Below are positions 8,394 through 18,475 of a stretch of DNA of 64,000 nucleotides, one piece after another. This stretch comes from Bdellovibrionales bacterium (lineage in GTDB: Bacteria; Bdellovibrionota; Bdellovibrionia; Bdellovibrionales; JAGQZY01). A program made the translations under genes and the position numbers. The stretch lies in contig JBGSUL010000002.1 of assembly GCA_041736155.1 (NCBI GenBank), positions 2,151 to 66,150 of the forward strand, given 5' to 3'. The notes beneath the pieces were generated by a model. The model did not search any database. It was not told where the DNA came from and saw nothing but the letters and a program-made list of their open reading frames with translations. Position 1 is the first letter of the stretch. Every line of letters starts with the position of its first letter.

Positions 8394-9866
8394 ATGAAAA
8401 GTAAATTTCAATGGATCAGCTTTATAAGTTTGGCTCTTTGCACCACGGTGCTTTTACTGTTTCAAAACTGCGGGCAGTCCAAATCGAATGACGTGTCGAT
8501 TTATTCCGAAGAATTTATCTGGTCGCAAGGCGGAACTTTTGATACCGACACTGATTTAGTGACGCAAGTAAAAACAATGGTCGTTCTTCCCAAAGTAGAT
8601 ATGTCCCCTTGGACATCCGGTGAGCCTTCCATTCCCTTTCCTATATCTGAACCCGCTGGCACTCCCGCCACGTGCGAGGACTCGTCTTGCGATATTTACT
8701 TGAGCTACCCCAGCGATTTTAGTGATCTACAATCCAATAAAAAATATTGTTTAGAAAAGGATATAGATTTCTCCAGCCAAAATGAGACCTATCAGTCACC
8801 CTCAGCACTTACCAACTTTGACTTTAAAGGCTGTGGATATAAAATCCTAAACCTCCATTTAAAAAATAAAAGTTTATTTCGCTCACTCAGTAATTCCAAA
8901 GTTCAAGACCTTATTATCGACGGCGGTTCGGTCCTTTATGATAGCCAATACGCAGATCCATCCTTACGCATGAGTTATCTCTTTACGTCACTAGATTCCA
9001 CTGTTTTAAAAAGAGTGCATTTGTTAAACATGGACCAATTCGTATTTATGCCTCAAACGCCGTCTCTCGGCTTCAGCCGCTGTAGTATAATCGCCAATGA
9101 CGTACGTGGACTGTCTCAAATGAATGATATTTTTATTTCTGCACAAAATGTGGCGCAGAAAAATTGTGCGTCCTCGGGATTTATTTTCAACGACATAAAT
9201 TTAACTGAAGATGCGACCTCTGTCATTTCTGATGTGTCTTTTTATTCCGCGAGTGCTCAAGTGACAGATTTTCAACTCTTCGGAGGCATAATCACCTCTT
9301 TGGAAGGCAACAATAATGATTTTACTCTGCAGAATATAAATATCTTCACCCACCTATCTTTGGGTTCCGAGAATCACTGTCTGTATCGAGAACTTGGCAA
9401 TGACCCATCGGATTGCAATGCCGCCAGCCCCTTGATCGGTGTGTTCTTTCAACAAAATGTAAAAAAAGTGACTATGGATACCATCAATATTGCAGGAGTC
9501 TTTACTTCTTTTCAAAATAGATTTTTAGGAAATCTTTTTGGCGTTCTCAATATTTGTCCCGATGTCAGCGCTGTCAATTGTGGCCTTGGACCTATCACTG
9601 AGCCACGTCTGAACATCGACAATGTTCAGCTCTCCGGGCGCCTACATATGAATTTGAATGAAGCGGTCAGTTATAATGGCGGCGTGGGAGTGCTTGTTGG
9701 TTTATGGGGCGCCCATCCTGAGATTAATAATCTCAAAGAGACGCCGCTGGTAAAGATCAGTCATGTCTCGTACGACAATTTACAAATTGTCGTACAATCT
9801 TTTTTGTTTACTGTATCTAATCCTTTAGAAAACTACAAAATTCGCAACGATTCGCCGACGCTCTAA
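8394..9866 (+). CDS. Hypothetical lipoprotein
   Basis: 490 aa. Signal peptide ends in the lipobox LLLFQNCG. SD-like AGGGGGG precedes the ATG. No family recognised. Confidence 0.7.
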   Translation: MKSKFQWISFISLALCTTVLLLFQNCGQSKSNDVSIYSEEFIWSQGGTFDTDTDLVTQVKTMVVLPKVDMSPWTSGEPSIPFPISEPAGTPATCEDSSCDIYLSYPSDFSDLQSNKKYCLEKDIDFSSQNETYQSPSALTNFDFKGCGYKILNLHLKNKSLFRSLSNSKVQDLIIDGGSVLYDSQYADPSLRMSYLFTSLDSTVLKRVHLLNMDQFVFMPQTPSLGFSRCSIIANDVRGLSQMNDIFISAQNVAQKNCASSGFIFNDINLTEDATSVISDVSFYSASAQVTDFQLFGGIITSLEGNNNDFTLQNINIFTHLSLGSENHCLYRELGNDPSDCNAASPLIGVFFQQNVKKVTMDTINIAGVFTSFQNRFLGNLFGVLNICPDVSAVNCGLGPITEPRLNIDNVQLSGRLHMNLNEAVSYNGGVGVLVGLWGAHPEINNLKETPLVKISHVSYDNLQIVVQSFLFTVSNPLENYKIRNDSPTL

Positions 9867-9868
9867 TC

Positions 9869-10753
9869 CTAATTTGTGCTGTAGCAACGATCGAAGCTTA
9901 AACTCTCGCTGTCTTCGCCCATGGTGATCGATGCAGTTCCACAGCCCGTGATATTCACCGCTGAGCTTTTTCCATCGGAGCAAGTTCCCGCCCACGATCC
10001 CGAGGTCGGGCAGTTACACGATGCTGTCCAGGTCACATTGGTCGGAACATAATTGCATGTCACGGAACTGAGATTGTCCGTCACACGCAAGTTTCCACCC
10101 GACATCACCCGTCCCGCACGATTCGTTCCCGTCACTGTAATGTCGGACGTGGTTTGCGTGGTGTAATCAAAGAGAGACGTGGAGCCAAATTGAAAAAGAC
10201 GACGAACCCCGTCATTGGAAAAAGTAAAGTTCTCGCCGTTTACATGCGTAATCCGTTGACCTATTGTTCCGGTTTTTGAAACCGTCAGCGTGGCGCCACG
10301 ACGACCTGTGACGGTAAAATTGGGTGAACGATCTACCGTGTCGCCATCCGCACTTAAGTTGCAGGATGGGTTGCTAAAATCCAGAGTGATATCTCCTGTG
10401 AAGCTCGCGCTGCCAATGGTGCAACCATTGAGATCGCGCACACGCTGGCTGGAGGAGGTGCACGAGGGGCTAAATGTGGTGTCTTTGCAAGCAGTGGCTT
10501 GCGCCGTAGGAATCGGTTGAAAGAGAGATACCAATCCCAAAACATCCCAGCTGCGTAAGTTTTTTTCGCGTGCAGCGATAAAACGTTGCTGTGATTCCAT
10601 AAAAGCTAAGCTCCCCGCAGAACTTCCACCTGACTCGTCAACAGACGCCATGACGTCGCCAATCTGTTGCGCGGTTTCTTGAATATCAACGGTTTCATCT
10701 TCTGCACAGGCGGATAAAAGAAGAAATGTGCTGAGAATTAAAAGATTTTTCAT
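9869..10753 (-). CDS. Hypothetical lipoprotein, Thr/Ser/Cys-rich
   Basis: 294 aa. Signal plus lipobox FLLLSAC. GGGAGG SD before the ATG. Confidence 0.7.
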   Translation of the reverse strand: MKNLLILSTFLLLSACAEDETVDIQETAQQIGDVMASVDESGGSSAGSLAFMESQQRFIAAREKNLRSWDVLGLVSLFQPIPTAQATACKDTTFSPSCTSSSQRVRDLNGCTIGSASFTGDITLDFSNPSCNLSADGDTVDRSPNFTVTGRRGATLTVSKTGTIGQRITHVNGENFTFSNDGVRRLFQFGSTSLFDYTTQTTSDITVTGTNRAGRVMSGGNLRVTDNLSSVTCNYVPTNVTWTASCNCPTSGSWAGTCSDGKSSAVNITGCGTASITMGEDSESLSFDRCYSTN

Positions 10754-10918
10754 AAGCCTCCCTGCGTATGTTCACTCACACTAGTATAAAAAAACTTTAC
10801 GAAGTTGTCAGTAAATTCTCATTATGAGACAAACGTCCATGCATTAAATAGACGTAATCTTTTTGTTCTGGGATCTCCATTGAGATCAGAGTAAAATGAG
10901 ACTTACAGAGGGGACCTT

Positions 10919-12049
10919 ATGTCAAAATACAGTTTAAAAAAAATTGCGATTTATCTCTTCGCCATGAGCGCGTGTGTTCTGGCTTTTCAAAACTGTGGGT
11001 CTTCGGGTAGTTCTGCAAATGTTGCCGCCTCTGACGACAACGGCCCTAGTGGTGATACTGGTGGTGATGATAGTGGTGGCACCAACGGTGGAAGTACTAA
11101 TGGCGGCAGTAATGGTGGCGGCACCACTCCTCCACTTGTGGTGGATCTGAGTTTCTGTGACAATGTGACTGACGTCACCAATGGGCGCCTGTGCGCCATT
11201 AAGCCCAGCAAAACAGATTCTAATATTCAAGATTTCAAAGATCCAAGTAAACCCAACGTTCAGGGAGCTGGATTTGGTTTTCATGCGATTGGCGTTCCTA
11301 AAGATTGGAATAAAATTAAAGGCGTATGGATTCATTTTGGCGGAAGTTTTGGTAACCCTTATTTATCGACGGCAGGATATGCCTCAAGCACTTGGATTAA
11401 TGAAATTCTTGCTGAAAATTATCTATTAGTACAAGTGGCTTATGATAATAAGGACAGTCTCAATCAGTCTATATGTCCTCCAGGGGTCGCCGTCGACAAT
11501 TGTTCGGCTCTCGTGCGCAAAGAAGTCATCGAGGGTACAGATCAAACAACACTGATTACTGTGAACGCAAGCAATGGCATTTACAACCGTCTGGCTAAAC
11601 TCGCTTCATACCTCCAAGCACAAGAGCTCACTCTACCCGCCTCTTTTCAGCCAAGCGCTGTCGATTGGTCGGAGGTGATTGTCAGCGGACACTCGCAAGG
11701 CTCAGGGCACGCCTATTATCTCGCAAAAACTGTAGGAGTTAAATTTGCTTGCTTGCTGAGCGGCCCCTATGACAATGCCGATAACGTAAAACCTAATCCC
11801 AGTAAAATCATCGCCGATTGGTTTCTTGTTACAAGCTCTCAAACACCTATTAACAATATCGGTGCATTTCTCACGACCACTGATTCTTTTTATAATCAGT
11901 TTACGAGTGCCTATAGTATTATGGGTCTCACTAAAAATATCCATTGGTTCGAGGGAACCACCACATATTCTGATGGTCACGGGGCTGGCGTGGGAGATCC
12001 TGCACAAGCCAGCGGACGAGCCCTGGCTTGTCTTGCAAGAATACCTTAG
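10919..12049 (+). CDS. Lipoprotein, putative alpha/beta-hydrolase (esterase/lipase-like)
   Basis: 376 aa. Lipobox AFQNCG, a Gly/Ser/Thr/Asn low-complexity linker, and a nucleophile-elbow-like GHSQG motif. Confidence 0.65.
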   Translation: MSKYSLKKIAIYLFAMSACVLAFQNCGSSGSSANVAASDDNGPSGDTGGDDSGGTNGGSTNGGSNGGGTTPPLVVDLSFCDNVTDVTNGRLCAIKPSKTDSNIQDFKDPSKPNVQGAGFGFHAIGVPKDWNKIKGVWIHFGGSFGNPYLSTAGYASSTWINEILAENYLLVQVAYDNKDSLNQSICPPGVAVDNCSALVRKEVIEGTDQTTLITVNASNGIYNRLAKLASYLQAQELTLPASFQPSAVDWSEVIVSGHSQGSGHAYYLAKTVGVKFACLLSGPYDNADNVKPNPSKIIADWFLVTSSQTPINNIGAFLTTTDSFYNQFTSAYSIMGLTKNIHWFEGTTTYSDGHGAGVGDPAQASGRALACLARIP

Positions 12050-12837
12050 GTAATTTTAAGTTCTTTTTTCGCAGCGGGGTCTTTTTTAACCTTGCTGCGT
12101 TTCTTAAAGATTTTGTGAATTTGTTCAAAGGTCAGCTCGCGATGTTCGCCGCCTTGGAGAGTGCCTAAACGAAATTCACCGATGGCCACACGACGGAGCT
12201 TCACCACATCAAAACCAATTTTCGTAAACATCTGTTTGACCTGATGGTTTTTTCCTTCATCAATCACCACTTCGACCCATGCTTTTTTATCTGTGGTTTT
12301 TTTATCCAGACGTTTGATAAATAAAGCCATCACTTTTCCACCGACAATGGAAACACCACGGCGCAGTTTATCCAATTGTGGATCTGTAGGTATTCCGTTG
12401 AGCTTAACGTGATAGGTTTTGGAAACATGTTCATCGGGGTGAATCACTTTTTGCGCAAACTCACCATCATTGGTAATGATGAGAAGGCCTTCGGCATCGT
12501 AATCCAAACGACCCACAGGAAAAAGGCGAAGCGTGCCTTTTTTAAAATAATCCATCACTGTGGGACGACCGTGCGGATCTTCGGTGGTCGTCACCACGCT
12601 CTTAGGTTTGTTAAAAGCGTAGTACACAAAACGGTTTTGCGCTTGCACCGGTTTTCCGCGAAAAAGAATGCGGTCTTGTTTAGGATTTACGCGAATTCCT
12701 AGTTCATAAACTTTTTTGCCGTTGATGGTTACTTCGCCGTTTTCGATCATTTCGTCGGCTTTGCGACGACTGGCGACCCCGCAGTCTGCGAGGTATTTAT
12801 TAAGTCTTATTCGATCAGTAGTTGATCTCTCTGCCAT
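12046..12837 (-). CDS. rluB: 23S rRNA pseudouridine synthase, RsuA/RluB family
   Basis: N-terminal S4 domain (IRLNKYLADCGVASRRKADEMIENGEVTINGK), catalytic motif GRLDYDAEGLLIITNDG, and a Lys-rich C-terminal tail. Confidence 0.8.
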   Translation of the reverse strand: MAERSTTDRIRLNKYLADCGVASRRKADEMIENGEVTINGKKVYELGIRVNPKQDRILFRGKPVQAQNRFVYYAFNKPKSVVTTTEDPHGRPTVMDYFKKGTLRLFPVGRLDYDAEGLLIITNDGEFAQKVIHPDEHVSKTYHVKLNGIPTDPQLDKLRRGVSIVGGKVMALFIKRLDKKTTDKKAWVEVVIDEGKNHQVKQMFTKIGFDVVKLRRVAIGEFRLGTLQGGEHRELTFEQIHKIFKKRSKVKKDPAAKKELKIT

Positions 12838-13799
12838 GGAATCTCTCTCTGCTTATCATTGGCCACAATGAGATTGCGGTTATTTTGCAGAGAAGATCGC
12901 AAAGTTTGAGTCAAAAGGCGAATCATATTGTCGTTTTGGAAAATATTTTCCTTGGCGGATTCCCCCCGCTCGAGGGCGGCTTGCCCAAAAGTAAGGGCCT
13001 CGGGATGGCGTAAGTTGACCAATTCTATAGCTTTTTCCAAGAGCTGTGTCAGCTCCATGTACATCGGGTCGGACTTGCGATCCACATAGTGCTGCTCGAG
13101 TCTTTTGATCGCATAAAGCACCTGCGGGTACTGAGCCACTCCGCCGCCCTTAAACTCTTCGGCCTTTTGGAAGGTGTAGCCACGGATCAGGTTTCCATGC
13201 ATTCCCGGGCCGAGAATAATAAAGCGCGCCACCACACTGGGGGAAATCTCCACATATTGCACTTTTTGAAACTGCAAACTGAGATCGGGGGTATAATGGA
13301 TCTGCATCAATGGATTGAGCGGTTCTAGATCGCCGCGGCCATTGATCATCATTAAGTTGTTGAGGTGAGTGACCGTCAAGCCGTGACTCTCGTCCATGGT
13401 GAGTAACAAAAAAGTATTGTTGTGCGCAGGAATCAGGCGACTCTTGCTGCCAGTATCAGAAAATTTTTTTTCGAGGATTTTTAAAGCATCGATGGGATTT
13501 TCAACCGCCACCACCTGCCAACGGTCGGCGAGCACCATGTTTTTAAAAGCTAAATTCACCTGATAGGTTTCGGAAAAGTGATGCAAAAAATATTGCACCT
13601 CTTGCACCAACTGCTGCCGGTTTTTCCGCCAGTGTTCAAAACTCAAAACAAATCGATTAAAATTTTCGAGAAGCTCAGGTGTTACTTTATCTGTGGGCTC
13701 ACAGTGGTGGATTAAAAAGTGATAGAAACACAGACGCGCAGCATCTTTGTTCGGTTGAAAGCGCAAAATATGTCTGGCAAGCTGAAGTACAGTATCCAT
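12807..13799 (-). CDS. Hypothetical protein
   Basis: 330-aa ORF. Its 3' end overlaps the rluB start by 31 nt on the same strand. No family recognised. Confidence 0.55.
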   Translation of the reverse strand: MDTVLQLARHILRFQPNKDAARLCFYHFLIHHCEPTDKVTPELLENFNRFVLSFEHWRKNRQQLVQEVQYFLHHFSETYQVNLAFKNMVLADRWQVVAVENPIDALKILEKKFSDTGSKSRLIPAHNNTFLLLTMDESHGLTVTHLNNLMMINGRGDLEPLNPLMQIHYTPDLSLQFQKVQYVEISPSVVARFIILGPGMHGNLIRGYTFQKAEEFKGGGVAQYPQVLYAIKRLEQHYVDRKSDPMYMELTQLLEKAIELVNLRHPEALTFGQAALERGESAKENIFQNDNMIRLLTQTLRSSLQNNRNLIVANDKQREIPWQRDQLLIE

Positions 13800-13873
13800 C
13801 CTTTTTTAGGTTAGAAAAGGATACGGACATCGTCTAGCTAAATTTAGGCAGAGGGTACTAAACTGGTCAAAAA

Positions 13874-14416
13874 ATGCCTTTTTTACAGGCTGAAGAGGGA
13901 CTCCACGTGCATAAAAAGCTAAATCCAGGTTTATTTGATGAAGTTTCCACCGATAAAAACTCCCCGCACGTTCCCCAAGCCCCGCGCTACCCTGCACCGG
14001 TGATGACCGCCTCCACCATGGAAAACCAACGCCTGCAGGAAGAAATCCAGGGCCTCAAAGCCAAACTGCGCAGTAACGACAATCAGATGGAAGTGTTTAA
14101 AAACCAACTGACGGATTTCGTACATTCTTTCGATCAACGTTTCGATCGTTTGTCGCAAGCTCTTTCACGCATGGAGAAATCTGTGCACGCGCAAGGCCGC
14201 GAGGTCGAAGATAAAATGCGTGGCGTGCGCGAAAAAATTCAATCGCAAAGTTTTGAAGAAGCCAAAGTGGAAGGTTTGATCGAACGCCAGAGTATAGCTC
14301 TGCGCAATTTTGAAAACCGCATGAATGCTATGCAAAAGGTTCTCAACGAAAAAGAGATCCTGCTGATGAAGTGCATGGATGTGTTGAAGCATCACACGCC
14401 TACGCCTAAGAAATAG
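13874..14416 (+). CDS. Hypothetical coiled-coil protein
   Basis: 180-aa ORF with heptad-like charged sequence. The start is uncertain; an alternative ATG lies at 14003. Confidence 0.5.
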   Translation: MPFLQAEEGLHVHKKLNPGLFDEVSTDKNSPHVPQAPRYPAPVMTASTMENQRLQEEIQGLKAKLRSNDNQMEVFKNQLTDFVHSFDQRFDRLSQALSRMEKSVHAQGREVEDKMRGVREKIQSQSFEEAKVEGLIERQSIALRNFENRMNAMQKVLNEKEILLMKCMDVLKHHTPTPKK

Positions 14417-14428
14417 ACGACAACCTTT

Positions 14429-15427
14429 TTACAGAATTCCCAACTGATGTAGTTTCTCGCGGATGGGTGCGATTTTTTGCACATGGACGCCGAGAGGGTA
14501 ATTGGTGCGCACGGGAGCGCAGTCCCCCTCACCTCGTTTTTTGCACACGAACGATGTTGAACAGCTTCGCTTTTCATCCCAAATGTAGTCTTCACCTGGA
14601 CTGGCGCGCACAACGATGCCGACCACTTCGTTTTTAGAATTAAAAACTGGGCCGCCGCTGTTACCTCCAGAAATATCCAAATCCGCTGTAAAAAAATGGC
14701 GAAAGTGATTATCTAAGACCCTCGCGTGTGTCGCCAACTTCATTGGTAATCCCGAGGGATAACCGATTGTGAATAGAGACTCTCCCACATGCGAATCCGT
14801 CTTTGAAAGTTTTAGGAGGGGGCGCTGAGGCATCGGCTGCGCTAAACGAATAATGGCGAGATCCATTCCATACTCCCCCACAAACAAGTCATTGCGGCGA
14901 AGAATATCTTGAGAAATTTCTGAGTAAAGAACCTCTTTGCACGCTGAGTGTTGAGTTGAAGACTGATACCCTGTGATCGATGCCATTCCTTTCACATCTG
15001 TTTTAAAATCAAACATCCAATCGAAATCCGCACACATGGCGGTGACTTCGTTCTCGGCAATGCGCGGGCGGCGTTCGCTGTGTTGGAAGGTCATGCAATG
15101 TCCAGCTGTTACTAAAATATCCGGAGCCACCAAAAAGCCAGTACAGTTGATCCAATTGGCATATTGTCGGGAAAACCGCTCCTCAGGACAAAGTCCTAGA
15201 GTTAAAGAGTCTGTGGCCAATAAAAAATCTAAATCGAAAAATCCTTCGGGCTGCGTCTGGATATAAGGACTTCCCACAGACATAGCTATGGCGGGTGCCA
15301 GCGTTCTATTTTTGAATGCATCAACGACAACCTCGCGACGGTTATCTTGACCAAAAATAATGGCATGTGTAGAGAGCGAAAAAAACAAAGATAAGAACAA
15401 AAAACCCGAAAAACATAACAGACGCAT
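14429..15427 (-). CDS. Secreted trypsin-like (S1 family) serine protease
   Basis: Catalytic triad motifs: VTAGHC (His), DLAIIRL (Asp), GGNSGGPVF (Ser). I prefer the ATG at 15427 (MRLLCFSGFLFLSLFF signal, GGAGGGGG SD) over the ORF-track start at 15520. Confidence 0.8.
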   Translation of the reverse strand: MRLLCFSGFLFLSLFFSLSTHAIIFGQDNRREVVVDAFKNRTLAPAIAMSVGSPYIQTQPEGFFDLDFLLATDSLTLGLCPEERFSRQYANWINCTGFLVAPDILVTAGHCMTFQHSERRPRIAENEVTAMCADFDWMFDFKTDVKGMASITGYQSSTQHSACKEVLYSEISQDILRRNDLFVGEYGMDLAIIRLAQPMPQRPLLKLSKTDSHVGESLFTIGYPSGLPMKLATHARVLDNHFRHFFTADLDISGGNSGGPVFNSKNEVVGIVVRASPGEDYIWDEKRSCSTSFVCKKRGEGDCAPVRTNYPLGVHVQKIAPIREKLHQLGIL

Positions 15428-15593
15428 GGATTCCCCCTCCAAAACAGTGTCCGTACTACCACAAATCTCCCAAAAGGCGCCATGCGCTTTTTGAACCTGC
15501 AGCGCACCAAGGAACCGCACTATCAGGCTCCATCAGATCATTTGGGATTTTATTTCTGTGTTGCTGAAATTAAAAGCGCATGGCGCCTTTTGA

Positions 15594-16142
15594 TTATTTG
15601 TCAGGGGCGAGGACGGTGGACGGCCCTTTGGGGATTTCGTCAAATTCCTTCTGACTGGGAAGCGGCTCCGCTTTTGCCTTTGGAGTTTTTGCCTTGAGGG
15701 TGAGGTCTTTGAAGGTTTTTTGGAAAATTTCCTTTTGGGCTTTGATGAAATCGTCAAAGCCGTCTTTGAAGCTCTTCAATTGATCTTCCAAAGATTTTTT
15801 CTCAGTGTTCATCTTTTCGAATAAGTCGCGGCGTTGCTCGTTGGCCGCTTTGCGCACAGCTTCGATGTCGCCTCTGGGATCTTGTTTCTTGAGTGTGTCC
15901 ACTTCTGTTTTTAATTTACCCTCGAAATCCTTACGAACCGCCTCTTGTTTTTTGCGCAACTCTTCTTTGTTTTTACGAATAAAATTTAAAACTTCCTGCG
16001 TCTTATTGTTGATCGTTTCATAGAAGGATTTTTGATCTTCTTTTTTTGTCTCTAAAGACACTTTGTTTTTTTCGGCAATTTCTTTTTCGTAACTGGGAGA
16101 TTCGAGAGCGACCCCCAGCAAAATCAACCACGCCCAACTCAT
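15594..16142 (-). CDS. Hypothetical exported K/E-rich coiled-coil protein
   Basis: Preferred start is the ATG at 16142 (MSWAWLILLGVALE), which overlaps the smpB stop by 1 nt (TAATG). Confidence 0.55.
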   Translation of the reverse strand: MSWAWLILLGVALESPSYEKEIAEKNKVSLETKKEDQKSFYETINNKTQEVLNFIRKNKEELRKKQEAVRKDFEGKLKTEVDTLKKQDPRGDIEAVRKAANEQRRDLFEKMNTEKKSLEDQLKSFKDGFDDFIKAQKEIFQKTFKDLTLKAKTPKAKAEPLPSQKEFDEIPKGPSTVLAPDK

Positions 16143-16594
16143 TACCCATTTCTCCCTTTTTTCACCGCGTTTTGCGTCTCGCGCTCCACATCGCGTTTTT
16201 TGATCGACTCGCGTTTGTCGTGCTGTTTTTTTCCTTTGCACAGGGCAATTTCTAACTTAATTCGCCCACCCTTAAAATACATTTTGAGAGGAACACAACT
16301 CAATGCTTTCTCGCGCATTTTAGCAAAAATTTTGTTCAATTCATGGCGATTGAGAAGCAGTTTTCGCAAACGCTCCGGCTCATGATTGTTGTAACTACTC
16401 GCTTGGTAAACACTGATATGGGCGTTTTGCAAAAAGGCTTCGTCGTTGCGAAAGGATACATAGGAGTCTTTGAGATTCACACTGCCGCCACGGATGGATT
16501 TCACTTCGCTGCCTGTGAGCACCAGACCCGCCTCGTAAACTTCGAGGATGAGGAAGTCATGTCGGGCTTTTTTATTATCAGCGATGATCTTCAT
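16142..16594 (-). CDS. smpB: SsrA-binding protein SmpB
   Basis: 150 aa. Typical SmpB N-terminus NKKARHDFLILEVYEAGLVLTGSEVKSIR and a basic C-terminal tail. Confidence 0.9.
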   Translation of the reverse strand: MKIIADNKKARHDFLILEVYEAGLVLTGSEVKSIRGGSVNLKDSYVSFRNDEAFLQNAHISVYQASSYNNHEPERLRKLLLNRHELNKIFAKMREKALSCVPLKMYFKGGRIKLEIALCKGKKQHDKRESIKKRDVERETQNAVKKGRNG

Positions 16595-16600
16595 AGACTC

Positions 16601-17446
16601 CTATCCAATGTCCGACAACATCTGATACATCTTGCGAAATGTCAAAACATCGACCTCTTCGGGACGGGCTTTAGGAGAGACTCCGAGGGCCTCAAACGTT
16701 TTCAGTACCGCTTCTTCGCCAAAACGGGTCGCCAGCGCCTTTTTGAGGAATTTTCTTTTTTGCGAAAAGGCTAATTTTACAAATTGCAAAAAACCTTGCG
16801 GATCCTCAGGAGTGTCTTCTTTGCGCATAAAAAGCACCACGCGACTGGCCACTTTGGGTGGCGGAAAATAATCATTGGGTCCTAAATCTGTGAGGTTTTC
16901 CAGATTCCAAAACGTTTGCGCAATCACTGACAGTAAACTGTAGTGTTCGGTTTTAAAACGCGCGGTTAATCTCTGCGCCACTTCTTTTTGAAACATCAGC
17001 ACCATGGATTCGATACCACAGGGGTTCACACTGCGCTCCACCACCAAACGGGCTCCAATTTGGTAAGGTAAATTACTGATGAGTGTATTTTTCGCCGTGT
17101 TTCCTGTCGCTTTTTTATCTGACTGGAGCTCACTCCAATCGAGATGAAGCGCGTCCGCTTCGACCACCTGGAACCCTTGTGAACGCCAGTACTCAGCAAA
17201 CTGCCGATCCATTTCGATCAACAATGGTTGTGGATCGATTTCACGCAAACGCAACGTCAATGCTCCCAAACCGGGGCCGACCTCCACCACCGACGTCCAT
17301 CCACGGCGTTTTAACTCTGCCAAAATAAATTCAATTTTTTGGATATTGACTAGAAAATTTTGCCCGAGGGATTTTTTTGCTCCTCGACCCATAAGTTCCA
17401 ATAAATCTTTTACGCGGTGGATTTCTTCAGCATAGAGAGAACTCAT
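16601..17446 (-). CDS. rsmA: 16S rRNA (adenine1518/1519-N6)-dimethyltransferase
   Basis: KKSLGQNFL motif, SAM-binding VVEVGPGLGALT, and NLPYQI. Confidence 0.9.
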   Translation of the reverse strand: MSSLYAEEIHRVKDLLELMGRGAKKSLGQNFLVNIQKIEFILAELKRRGWTSVVEVGPGLGALTLRLREIDPQPLLIEMDRQFAEYWRSQGFQVVEADALHLDWSELQSDKKATGNTAKNTLISNLPYQIGARLVVERSVNPCGIESMVLMFQKEVAQRLTARFKTEHYSLLSVIAQTFWNLENLTDLGPNDYFPPPKVASRVVLFMRKEDTPEDPQGFLQFVKLAFSQKRKFLKKALATRFGEEAVLKTFEALGVSPKARPEEVDVLTFRKMYQMLSDIG

Positions 17447-18465
17447 CGCAACTCTTCTCTGGGAACAGGTCCCAACGTGTGTTCTGACTGTTGCCCTTGC
17501 GCCAATCGCAAAGCGCCCGCTAAACCAATCATCGCCGCATTGTCAGTGCAAAACTTCAGTGGCGGAATAAGAACTTCCATCTGATGTTTGTCGGCCAGCT
17601 CGAATGCCCGTTCGCGCAAGCGCGAATTGGCACTGACGCCTCCGACGATCACAAATTTTTTGAGACCGTACTGGCGCAAAGCTTTGTTTAATTTAAAAAT
17701 GAGCACGTCGACAATAGCCTCTTGATAAGAAGCACAGAGATCTTCGAGCACGGCGGCTGTTTCACCTAGCTCAGCAATTTTGCGTTGCCCATGGGATTTA
17801 AGACCGGAAAAACTAAAATTGTAATGATCTTCTTTCATCAAACCGCGTGGAAAATCATACGCTTTGCGATTTCCCTTTTGCGCCCAACGATCCACCAAAA
17901 CACCGCCGGGATATCCCAACCCCAACATCTTGGCGAATTTATCAAAAGCTTCACCCGCAGCATCGTCCATGGTTTGTCCCAACGTTTTGTACAAACCGAT
18001 TTTTTCTACCAAATACAATTGCGTGTGCCCGCCGCTCACCACCAGCGCGATAAATGGATCTTTCCACAGAGAGGAAGATTGCGGATCTTCTTCTTGTAAA
18101 AAAGCTGAGAGAATATGGCCTTCGATGTGGTGAACACCGATAAATGGCTTTTGATGAACCAGCGCTAAAGTTTTGGCGGTAACAATGCCGACAATCAACG
18201 ATCCCACCAGACCGGGACGATTGGTGACGGCAATACCTGAGATTTCTGACCACGAAATTTTTTGACTATGGAGAAGTTTCTCTACCAACGGCAACAAACT
18301 CTCGTAATGTTGACGTCCTGCAATCTCAGGGACCACTCCACCAAACGCTTGATGGGCAAGATCCTGATGAGCCGTCATTTGTGAAAGTACAAAACCGTGA
18401 CCGTTCACCAACGCTACGGATGTGTCATCACAACTGGTTTCTATCGCCAGTATTAATGGAACCAT
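17443..18465 (-). CDS. tsaD: tRNA N6-adenosine threonylcarbamoyltransferase
   Basis: ILAIETSCDDTSVA N-terminus, metal-binding HHIEGHI, and VSGGHTQL. Confidence 0.9.
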   Translation of the reverse strand: MVPLILAIETSCDDTSVALVNGHGFVLSQMTAHQDLAHQAFGGVVPEIAGRQHYESLLPLVEKLLHSQKISWSEISGIAVTNRPGLVGSLIVGIVTAKTLALVHQKPFIGVHHIEGHILSAFLQEEDPQSSSLWKDPFIALVVSGGHTQLYLVEKIGLYKTLGQTMDDAAGEAFDKFAKMLGLGYPGGVLVDRWAQKGNRKAYDFPRGLMKEDHYNFSFSGLKSHGQRKIAELGETAAVLEDLCASYQEAIVDVLIFKLNKALRQYGLKKFVIVGGVSANSRLRERAFELADKHQMEVLIPPLKFCTDNAAMIGLAGALRLAQGQQSEHTLGPVPREELR

Positions 18466-18475
18466 AGATAGCCTA

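Noticed and set aside
12046-12049. Convergent genes whose stop codons overlap on opposite strands (TTAG: TAG on +, TAA on -), with no terminator between them.
   Set aside because: The overlap is real, but it is a trivial compaction feature and I attach no functional implication to it.
15521-16700. I searched for tmRNA (ssrA) next to smpB.
   Set aside because: There is no tRNA-like 3' end (GGTTCGA-TCC...CCA) or tag-reading-frame structure here or anywhere else in the window that I could find.
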